A stretch of 32,000 nt of DNA from assembly GCA_963675515.1 (NCBI GenBank), contig OY776328.1:1380001-1412000 (forward strand). The letters are read 5' to 3'. Positions 25,341-32,000 of the stretch are shown here, one piece after another (position 1 is the stretch's first letter; each line of letters begins with the position of its first letter). Source of the stretch: Coprobacillaceae bacterium. GTDB taxonomy: Bacteria > Bacillota_I > Bacilli_A > Erysipelotrichales > Coprobacillaceae. Below the pieces are notes generated by a model that ran no database searches, had not been told where the DNA came from, and was given only the letters and a program-made list of their open reading frames with translations. Made by a program: the position numbers and the translations under genes.

Positions 25341-26059
25341 GATCGGCGCGGTTTCTCTTTGGAATCGTTGACTATGCCCATGTAGCCGGCGGTTATTATC
25401 CCGGTAGGCAGGGCGACAATCGCGATTCCCAAAAAAGAGGAGATCATGGAAAAGGCCTTGCCGATCATGGATGTGGGATAGACATCGCTGTAGCCGACCG
25501 TAGTCAGTGTTACCACCGAACAGTAAATGGCATCGAAGAAGCTGTCGAAGGTGTCAGGTTCGACTGAAAACAGGATCAGTGATGACAGGAAGATGTACCC
25601 GATGGCCAGATATCCCACCGCCAGCAAGGCGGGCTTTTGCCGTTTGATGACCCGCTTGATCAGCACAAAGCTTTTCGAGTAGCGCAGCACCTTGAAAATC
25701 CGCAAGGCCTTGTTCAACCGGAACAGCCGCAGCAGCTTGAATCCGGGATTCAGGGCCGTAAGCACCGGCAGGATTGAAAGCAGGTCGATGATCGCAAACG
25801 GGGTGAAAGGGTAGTACCAGAATGCTTTCTTGCCTTTGTTTGCCAGCTTGTAATCGGCCGTAGCCCACCTGGCCAGGTAATCAAGGATGAATACGGTCAC
25901 GGTGGCATACTCGATGAACAGAAACAAAGGATTGCTTTGCTTGAAGCAGAGGGGAACGATGCTTAGGGCAATGACAGCTATCATCGTATAATCGTAGATC
26001 ACACTGACCCGGTCATTGGAACGGGCAAGATCCAGTATTTCAAACAATCTCTTTCGCAC
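25325..26059 (-). CDS. Six-TM voltage-sensor-type ion channel (Kv-like), no cytoplasmic regulatory domain
   Basis: GTG start 6 nt after ggaggtg. S4-like LLRLFRLNKALRIFKVLRYSK has Arg/Lys at every third position. Pore signature TLTTVGYSDVYP. Confidence 0.8.
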   Translation of the reverse strand: MRKRLFEILDLARSNDRVSVIYDYTMIAVIALSIVPLCFKQSNPLFLFIEYATVTVFILDYLARWATADYKLANKGKKAFWYYPFTPFAIIDLLSILPVLTALNPGFKLLRLFRLNKALRIFKVLRYSKSFVLIKRVIKRQKPALLAVGYLAIGYIFLSSLILFSVEPDTFDSFFDAIYCSVVTLTTVGYSDVYPTSMIGKAFSMISSFLGIAIVALPTGIITAGYMGIVNDSKEKPRRSDDSR

Positions 26060-26297
26060 TGCTTACACCTCCAGTTAGATTGGGAAATTTTAAATAACGA
26101 ATATTGTCAAAATGATGATTATGTTATTATGAATGGATTTTCCATAATGATTTTAGTGTTGGAGTTGATATTCCCATTTCAATCTAATCTTAACCCAAAC
26201 TCTTAGAAATATCAATTCGTAAAAATAAGGCCCCTCAATTAATATCTAAGAAAAGTTGCTGAATCCGCCAGCCAATTAGAAAGGTGGATTTGTAAAT

Positions 26298-26327
26298 AAA
26301 AAAGCGGAGCCAGACTCATCCGACTCC
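26298..26327 (-). terminator. Orphan Rho-independent terminator-like hairpin on the minus strand
   Basis: The minus strand reads ggagtcgga-tgag-tctggctcc (9 bp, two G.U pairs), then gc + tttttt. No ORF of 60 aa or more lies upstream of it on that strand. Confidence 0.4.
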
Positions 26328-26620
26328 ACCAGGCATTCTCCAAAAGAGATACGCCGCATTCCTTATTACATTGTACTTGGTGATGGAATGGATTTCAAGT
26401 ATTTTCTGGATCATATTAATTCTGCCTTACAACAACTTTTGCTTATATACATGAAATTTGGACGTATATCAATGATTATCCTATTGCGCCGTATATGTTT
26501 ATGGTGCAGTGCGTTAATGAGTTTGTTTCTTAACGTGATTTATCCATTAGTAATGTGTTTTAGGAACAAACCCTAGAGCACTAAGATAAGAAATACTAAT
26601 CCCTTTGTGAAAATCCTATA

Positions 26621-26628
26621 ATCTGTGT
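26621..26628. repeat. 8-bp target-site duplication ATCTGTGT (left copy) of IS66 copy 2
   Basis: The identical octamer is at 29403-29410, just outside the other IS end. Confidence 0.9.
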
Positions 26629-26705
26629 GTACGCGCCAAATAGAGCGGTGGTAGGATTCCTTTCTTTTTGTTGATACAATGATCACATCAACTTGGAGGT
26701 GTGAT

Positions 26706-27038
26706 ATGAATCAATATTCTCAGGACCAGTGGCATCAGTTTTTCGAAGATGCCACCAATAGTGATTTACCAATCAAGAAATGGTGCTTAGCCAATGACGT
26801 TTCTTTTAATGCCTTTTGCTACCACAAATATTCGAAGCCGTATCGGAAAAGATCCAGGGTAAGCGAATGTGCCAACGAAGTCAACAGCCCGCTGATAAAA
26901 CTTAGCTTAGTCGACTGCGTTCCAACTATCCGGAATGATGGTTTTGAAATCGTCATCGGTAAAGCCTGCATCAAAGTTGATGATTCAACGGATTTGGTGA
27001 CTTTGGCCAAGCTTATCAGGTTGCTCGATGAAGATTAA
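26706..27038 (+). CDS. tnpA: IS66 Orf1 accessory protein TnpA
   Basis: ATG 26706, behind ggaggtg. Homologous to 8725-9057. Confidence 0.75.
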   Translation: MNQYSQDQWHQFFEDATNSDLPIKKWCLANDVSFNAFCYHKYSKPYRKRSRVSECANEVNSPLIKLSLVDCVPTIRNDGFEIVIGKACIKVDDSTDLVTLAKLIRLLDED

Positions 27039-27387
27039 ATTTGAGGACTTCGACAATATCTATCTGGTACCCGGAGCAACGGATTTAAGAAAAAGTTATG
27101 CGGGATTGAGCGCCATGGTGAGCCACAATCTTTACCTGGATCCAACCGCCAATAATCTCTACATATTTTGTAGCCGGAACAAGCGGACAATCAAGATGTT
27201 GGAGTTTGATAAAAACGGTTTTGTCATCCACTCCAAGAAGCTGTTGAACACTGATCGATTCTATTGGCCCAAGGCCCAAGATGAGATCAGCTCGATGACC
27301 GTTGACTTGCGGCAGCTAAACTGGCTGCTTGATGGTCTGGAGATTGAACAAAAGCGGGCGTTCAAGGATATTTCAGTAATAATTTAG
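27028..27387 (+). CDS. tnpB: IS66 Orf2 accessory protein (IS66-type TnpB)
   Basis: Identical protein to 8376-8735. 11-nt overlap with tnpA. Confidence 0.8.
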   Translation: MKIKFEDFDNIYLVPGATDLRKSYAGLSAMVSHNLYLDPTANNLYIFCSRNKRTIKMLEFDKNGFVIHSKKLLNTDRFYWPKAQDEISSMTVDLRQLNWLLDGLEIEQKRAFKDISVII

Positions 27388-27532
27388 CGAAAGATATAGG
27401 AGTAATTCACAATAATTTGTGGGTTTCTTTTATATCTTTTTAAGTTATTCACATCTTTAATAAATTGCCGTAAAATCAAGACTTACAGCCATTTTTATGG
27501 TATACTCTCAAAGAGAAACGAGGTGGATTTCG

Positions 27533-29338
27533 ATGATAAAGCTGATGGAAAATATGTCTAAAGAAGAGCTGATTGCTGCTTTCAAAAATAGAGAAAAAGA
27601 GCTTTGTGAGAAAATCGAATCCGACCGTATTTCAAAAGTTAAACTTATCAAAGAAAATGAGTTGTTGGCTGCCAAAGAAAAGAAATTCACTGCTAAAGAA
27701 AAGACTTTGATCGCCGAAAATAAGAAGCTGATTAGTGAAATCAACGAACGCAAATTGGAACTGCAACAGAAAAACGAATATATCAAGATATTAGAAAACG
27801 CCCGATATTCCTCTCAGAGAAATAATATAAAAGAATACAATCAAGGTCCCGACCTTTTCAGTCTGATTGGTATCGATTTTGGTGTGGTAACTGAGACTGA
27901 AGAAATAGAAGTCAAGGAAATCAAAGGGTACAAAAGAAAAGTAAGAATCCCTAAAGAAAAGCACATTAACTACGATCACCTAAAAACCAATATCATTGAC
28001 GAGCCGACACCAGAAAATTTCGATGTCTGCGACCTTTGTGGTACAACCATGAAAATAAAAAAGTACGATGAAAGAAAGGAACTCGTCTATACCCCAGCTA
28101 AAGTGGAAATGAATATCTACCGTACTCCGGTATACGAATGTGTTGCTTGCCAGGAACATAACCTGGACGGCAAATCATCTTATAAAAGAGTGCCCGGCAG
28201 ACAACCTGTCATCAAGGGGAGCATTGCTTCACCTTCGCTGATTGCGAATATAATGGATATGAAATATTTGAAGGGTTTGCCCCTGGCCGCTCAGGAAAAA
28301 CGATTCCTGGAGAATGATGTTGTCATCCCTAGACAAAATATGGCCAATTGGATGATTAAAGCCTCGGTACATCTGGGTTTACTGTTCGAATGCATGCGCA
28401 AGGATCTGTTGGCCATGAATGTGATACACTGCGACGAAACCACGACCCAAATTTTAAATGAAGAGGGCAAGACGGCCCAAAGTAAATCCTACATGTGGGT
28501 GGTAAGAACCTGCCAATATGATGTGCCGATTATCTTATATCGTTATGATCCTACTCGTTCAAAACGTGTTATCGAAGATTTCATCGGAGATTATTCGAAC
28601 TACCTGGTAACCGATGCCTATGGGGCCTACGAGGCCCTTGATAATGTCACAAACTGTTTTTGCCACGTCCACGCCTTCCGTTATTTCCGTAAAGCCCTTG
28701 AGGTATTGCCAAAAGGTAGTGATAAAAGCAAAAGTTACGAATATACGTGCTATCGTTATTACCAGAAAATATTCGAAGCAAAAAACAAGATTGAAACGAC
28801 CGCTAAGTCAAAACACAGCAAAAATCCAGTTAATTATTTTGAGTATGTTCATAAGGGCCGAAATGATATCGTAAAGCCTATTTATGACAATTTTTTAACG
28901 TACCTAAAAAAAATAATCCTGCTGCCTGAAGTGAATATGAAACCTACGTTGATTACGGCAATTAAATACGAATTGAATCATGAGAAGGAATTCCGTGAAG
29001 TATTCAATAATCCAAAAGTTCCGTTCGACAATTCAAGCGCCGAGAGAGTTATCAGACCATTTGTGGTATCTAGAAATCGCTGCAAGTTCTATACCAGCCC
29101 CAAAGGAGCCCAAGCTGCGGCAATCATCTACTCGTTACTACTAAGTGCTGAAGAGAACGGGTTGTCAGCATACATGTACATGGAGTACGTATTGGAAAGA
29201 TTACCAAGCATCGATCCAAGTGATGAGGTCGAAATCAGAAAGCTATTACCATACAACAAGGACCTGCCCAAATATTTGCGCCAACTGACGGCCAAAGAAA
29301 TCAAAGAACTCAAATTAGGAATCCAAAGACAGAAATAA
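27533..29338 (+). CDS. tnpC: IS66-family DDE transposase TnpC
   Basis: ATG 27533, behind gaggtgg. A possible extended -10 (TGgTATACT, 27498-27506) lies upstream. Same motifs as copy 1. Confidence 0.85.
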   Translation: MIKLMENMSKEELIAAFKNREKELCEKIESDRISKVKLIKENELLAAKEKKFTAKEKTLIAENKKLISEINERKLELQQKNEYIKILENARYSSQRNNIKEYNQGPDLFSLIGIDFGVVTETEEIEVKEIKGYKRKVRIPKEKHINYDHLKTNIIDEPTPENFDVCDLCGTTMKIKKYDERKELVYTPAKVEMNIYRTPVYECVACQEHNLDGKSSYKRVPGRQPVIKGSIASPSLIANIMDMKYLKGLPLAAQEKRFLENDVVIPRQNMANWMIKASVHLGLLFECMRKDLLAMNVIHCDETTTQILNEEGKTAQSKSYMWVVRTCQYDVPIILYRYDPTRSKRVIEDFIGDYSNYLVTDAYGAYEALDNVTNCFCHVHAFRYFRKALEVLPKGSDKSKSYEYTCYRYYQKIFEAKNKIETTAKSKHSKNPVNYFEYVHKGRNDIVKPIYDNFLTYLKKIILLPEVNMKPTLITAIKYELNHEKEFREVFNNPKVPFDNSSAERVIRPFVVSRNRCKFYTSPKGAQAAAIIYSLLLSAEENGLSAYMYMEYVLERLPSIDPSDEVEIRKLLPYNKDLPKYLRQLTAKEIKELKLGIQRQK

Positions 29339-29402
29339 ATTGTCCGCGGATTCCTTTTTCCTTGCATCAGAATATTCTTCCACCGCTCTATTTGACGCTT
29401 AC

Positions 29403-29410
29403 ATCTGTGT
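29403..29410. repeat. 8-bp target-site duplication ATCTGTGT (right copy) of IS66 copy 2
   Basis: Directly follows the IS end ..GACGCTTAC (29402). Confidence 0.9.
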
Positions 29411-29490
29411 GGAGAGTTGCAAATCACTTGGAATAGTTGTGTTTTGTGCATAATGATGTTACAATAATGTACAAAGAAAGGAGGGCTATT

Positions 29491-29754
29491 ATGCCTAAAA
29501 TTAGACCTATAACGGATCTGAGAAACACCAATGAGATTTCCGACATTTGTCATTCAAGTCACGAACCTTTGTTTATCACTAAAAACGGATATGGAGATTT
29601 GGTTGTTATGAGCATTGAGACATACGAGGAAATGTTTGAAACCGCCGCAGTCGACCGGGCGATTAGTGAGGCTGAAGTAGAATTTTCCGTTGATGGCAAA
29701 CTTCACGATGCAAAAGAGTCACTCGCTTCGCTCAAAAGAAAGCATTTTGGATAA
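29491..29754 (+). CDS. Type II antitoxin, Phd/YefM family
   Basis: Start placed at MPKIRPITDLRN, behind aaaggaggg. ..EPLFITKNGYGDLVVMSIETYEEM is the classic Phd/YefM N-terminal fold pattern. Confidence 0.75.
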   Translation: MPKIRPITDLRNTNEISDICHSSHEPLFITKNGYGDLVVMSIETYEEMFETAAVDRAISEAEVEFSVDGKLHDAKESLASLKRKHFG

Positions 29755-30049
29755 GTACAGCGTCAAGCTAATGAGCCGTGCGATAGATGACTTGGAGGAT
29801 ATTTACGTATATATTGCCAAGAACCTTTTGGAACCGGAAACCGCATTGAATATTGTAGAGGCAATCGAAAGTGAGATACTTAATCTGGATTCCATGCCGT
29901 ACCGTTGCCCCGAACGTCGTAATGGATTGTACGCCAACAAGGGTTACCGTCAGCTATTAATTAAAAACTATATAATAATTTTCAGAGTGGATGAGAAAAG
30001 CAAAACCGTAATTATCGTGACAGTGCGGTATTCAAAAAGTCAATTCTAA
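29747..30049 (+). CDS. Type II toxin, ParE/RelE superfamily
   Basis: ..YSVKLMSRAIDDLEDIYVYIAKNL...PYRCPE....GYRQLLIKNYIIIFRVDEKSKTVIIVTVRYSKS has the ParE-like pattern. The start is uncertain: TTG 29747 (8-nt overlap with the antitoxin) or ATG 29771. The ORF-track start at 29690 lies deep inside the antitoxin and is unlikely. Confidence 0.7.
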   Translation: MDKYSVKLMSRAIDDLEDIYVYIAKNLLEPETALNIVEAIESEILNLDSMPYRCPERRNGLYANKGYRQLLIKNYIIIFRVDEKSKTVIIVTVRYSKSQF

Positions 30050-30070
30050 TCATGATAACCACAGCATTGG

Positions 30071-30096
30071 CAGTGGCTCCTTGGGGCCACTTTTTT
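30071..30096 (+). terminator. Terminator candidate after the toxin-antitoxin pair
   Basis: agtggc-tccttggg-gccact followed by ttttt. Confidence 0.5.
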
Positions 30097-30542
30097 CATT
30101 CCAAAAAGTTATCAATCTGATTTGCGAAAAAGTGTGGATTAATACTTATTTGTTTGGAATACCTTAATTAATATCGGTGGGCTACGTATATCGACGATGT
30201 AGTACTAAGTAAATATATGATGTGTTGTCTAGCAAAGCAAAATTTAATATTCTGGAGGTTTTCAATGCACATATCTATCGGGATTCCTTTCTTAAAATGA
30301 CATGTTGGATCTTAAGAAATAATGGATAAGATAGATGAAGCAAGGATTTGCAAAACAAAATTTTGATTGTGTTTAAGTAAACATCCGCAATAAGCAAATG
30401 GTAGCGGATATTTACTCTGAAATTGGAGGCGATACGAATCATTATGAGACAACCAAAATTGATCAGAACAACAAACAGAAAAATATACTAATGAAAATTA
30501 ATAGTCATTTACAGCTTAAATACTAGGATATTATTTTTCATT

Positions 30543-30550
30543 AAGTAATA
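30543..30550. repeat. 8-bp target-site duplication AGTAATAT (left copy) of IS256-family element
   Basis: The identical octamer is at 31919-31926. Confidence 0.85.
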
Positions 30551-31918
30551 TGGTAGTGTCAATATTTTTGTGTAAATTTGTAAAATTAGTTCTTACTGAT
30601 CATCTTGGTTATTCTTCTTCTAGCAGGAACCAACGTTCGTAAGATATTCCTTTGAATCCCTTATGGGTATGGTTCATGAATTTTTGGTTATATTGTTCAA
30701 ATTGCGAAACGATGTATTTCTCCACAGCTTCCTCATTTGGGAATTGTTCTTTAGCCTTGATTTTCCGCTTGAGCTGTTTATTGAAACCTTCGATCAGGTT
30801 TGTTGTATATATGCTCTTGCGTACCGATTCAGGGAACAAATAGAAAGTGAATAGATTTGAATTCTCTTCAAGTGATTTTGCCACTTTTGGGTATTTTTGC
30901 CCCCATTTGGTGATGAACTCCTTAAGCTCTTCACTCGCCGCTTTTTCAGTTTCGCAATTGTAAACTCGCTTAAAATCCTGTGCAATCTCACTACGGTCTT
31001 TCACTCTTGCTTTGGCTGTAATGTTTCTTGAAACATGCACCAGGCAACGTTGGATTTTGGCCATCGGAAAAGTGTCTTCAATGGCGTTCTCAACACCGGT
31101 TAGCCCGTCAGTACAGAATAACGCAACCGCTTCCAAACCGCGTGTTTTGAACTCTTCAAACAGTTCCCGCCATGTTGTTGCGGATTCGGTTGGCGCAATT
31201 GAATATCCTAGTATTTCCTTTGTTCCCTCTAGAGTCACTCCTATAGCGATATGAACCGCCTCTTTAGACACGGTATCGCGCCGCAAAGGAATAACTGTAG
31301 CGTCGGTATAAACAACTGCGTATTGCTTGTTTAACGGGCGATTTTTAAAGGCTTCAACATGGGCAACTATTTCCTTAGTAATATTGGAAACTGTCTGTCT
31401 GGAGTATTTCTTGCCGTAGATTGATTCAACAGTTTTTACAATGTCGCTGTTGGTCATCCCTGAATTAAATAGATCGATGACAGTGTTGGTGGTAGCTAGA
31501 TCGTTTCGCTGATATTTAGGGACCAGCGGTGAATCAAAGTCCCCTTGACGGTCACGTGGTATGCGCAGGTTCAACACACCATATTTAGTGTTGTAATCGC
31601 GGTTGTAATAGCCATTTCTTGAATTCGAATTCTCAGATCGGTCATATTTCTCATAATCAAGAAAAACGGTAAGTTCGGACTTCAAAATATCGTTGATGGC
31701 ATTCTCCAATTCGCTCCGGAAAAGTTCTGAGACTACTTGCTCAAAAGCTGGCAGATTATTATCATTTGATATTAGACTTCTAAGTAAAGTTGTTGTAAAA
31801 TAGTTCATGGGTGTAATCCTCTCGTAAATTGTTTTCGTCGAACTAATTTTACAAGGGTTGCACCCTTTTTTCTACTTAAAAGTTGAAATCCTATTTACAC
31901 AAAATATTTTACACTATC
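30551..31918 (-). mobile_element. IS256-family insertion sequence (1368 bp)
   Basis: Terminal IRs are GGTAGTGTCAATATTTTTGTGTAAAT (30551-) and, reverse-complemented from 31918, GATAGTGTAAAATATTTTGTGTAAAT. A single mutator-type transposase gene and an 8-bp TSD. Confidence 0.88.
30609..31808 (-). CDS. IS256-family (Mutator-like) transposase
   Basis: 399 aa. The YTDATVIPLRRD, CTDGLTGVENAIEDTFPMAKIQRCLVH and TTNLIEGFNKQLKR blocks are characteristic of IS256 transposases. Confidence 0.9.
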   Translation of the reverse strand: MNYFTTTLLRSLISNDNNLPAFEQVVSELFRSELENAINDILKSELTVFLDYEKYDRSENSNSRNGYYNRDYNTKYGVLNLRIPRDRQGDFDSPLVPKYQRNDLATTNTVIDLFNSGMTNSDIVKTVESIYGKKYSRQTVSNITKEIVAHVEAFKNRPLNKQYAVVYTDATVIPLRRDTVSKEAVHIAIGVTLEGTKEILGYSIAPTESATTWRELFEEFKTRGLEAVALFCTDGLTGVENAIEDTFPMAKIQRCLVHVSRNITAKARVKDRSEIAQDFKRVYNCETEKAASEELKEFITKWGQKYPKVAKSLEENSNLFTFYLFPESVRKSIYTTNLIEGFNKQLKRKIKAKEQFPNEEAVEKYIVSQFEQYNQKFMNHTHKGFKGISYERWFLLEEE

Positions 31919-31926
31919 AGTAATAT
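31919..31926. repeat. 8-bp target-site duplication AGTAATAT (right copy) of IS256-family element
   Basis: Directly follows the IS end ..ACACTATC (31918). Confidence 0.85.
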
Positions 31927-32000
31927 TGTATCATTTGACTTGTTTTTTTTAATCTTGTATTATTAAATATGTTAGAATATTACAACAGATGTAATAAAAG

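Larger units (their letters stand above)
26629..29402 (+). mobile_element. IS66-family insertion sequence, copy 2 (2774 bp), inverted relative to copy 1
   Basis: Starts GTACGCGCCAAATAGAGCGGTGG and ends ..CCACCGCTCTATTTGACGCTTAC. Same length and gene order as 6361-9134. The supplied translations differ at 8 TnpC, 3 TnpA and 0 TnpB positions. Confidence 0.92.

Noticed and set aside
26388-26576. 62-aa ORF in the AT-rich spacer before IS66 copy 2
   Set aside because: No convincing RBS, a hydrophobic low-complexity translation typical of AT-rich non-coding DNA, and no motif recognised.
6361-29402. A composite transposon formed by the two IS66 copies, mobilising the 17.5-kb block between them
   Set aside because: Each IS copy is flanked by its own matching 8-bp duplication (GATGAATC; ATCTGTGT). 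Copy 1 simply splits a gene whose two halves lie immediately either side of it. A composite insertion would instead show one shared duplication at the outer ends only.
29440-29490. A pseudo-palindrome tgttacaataatgtaca just upstream of the antitoxin RBS, as a TA operator
   Set aside because: The symmetry is weak (several mismatches) and cannot be evaluated without comparative or binding data.
30377-30415. Inverted repeat gtaaacatccgc-N15-gcggatatttac (12-bp stem, one mismatch) in the spacer between the TA pair and IS256
   Set aside because: No U-tract, no adjacent gene end or start, and it lies in AT-rich DNA where such repeats arise by chance. There is not enough evidence to call a terminator, operator or RNA.
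1-32000. CRISPR arrays, tRNA, rRNA, or tandem-repeat arrays
   Set aside because: Reading both strands showed no regularly spaced direct repeats, cloverleaf-compatible segments or rRNA-like conserved blocks. The only long repeats are the two IS66 copies. No computational scan (tRNAscan, Infernal) could be run, so small RNAs cannot be excluded.

Overview
Accessory-looking segment from a low-GC Gram-positive-type genome, judged from GGAGG-type RBSs and frequent ATGA/TAATG gene overlaps. Left to right: (1) A tightly packed hydrolase operon with three paralogous YtcJ-like amidohydrolases, a C45 Ntn acyltransferase/hydrolase and an M20 N-carbamoyl-amino-acid/allantoate amidohydrolase. Its last gene is split by a 2774-bp IS66-family element with an 8-bp target duplication. 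(2) An IS200/IS605-family element (tnpA + tnpB) that is crippled twice. tnpA has an in-frame TAG that removes the catalytic-Tyr helix, and a 1214-bp IS3-family element is nested in the right-end/guide-RNA region 52 nt after an otherwise intact tnpB. (3) A cyclase/formamidase, Fe-ADH and class III aminotransferase operon, followed by a 34-codon micro-ORF, a second Fe-ADH paralog lacking all four metal ligands, and a PucR-type regulator. (4) A single-Cys glutaredoxin-like gene and about 0.55 kb of unassigned DNA. (5) An ABC exporter (two ATPase genes + one permease), an OmpR-type response regulator, an intramembrane-type histidine kinase and a translationally coupled 175-aa membrane protein. The same 11-bp-phased TTAAACAA(A/T) repeats sit in front of both operons. 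(6) A minimal 6-TM voltage-sensor K+ channel homolog with a non-canonical TVGYSD filter. (7) A second, inverted, near-identical IS66 copy with its own 8-bp duplication. (8) A Phd/YefM-ParE/RelE toxin-antitoxin pair. (9) An IS256-family element with an 8-bp duplication. No rRNA, tRNA or CRISPR array was seen. All functional calls rest on motif recognition in the supplied translations; no database search was possible.
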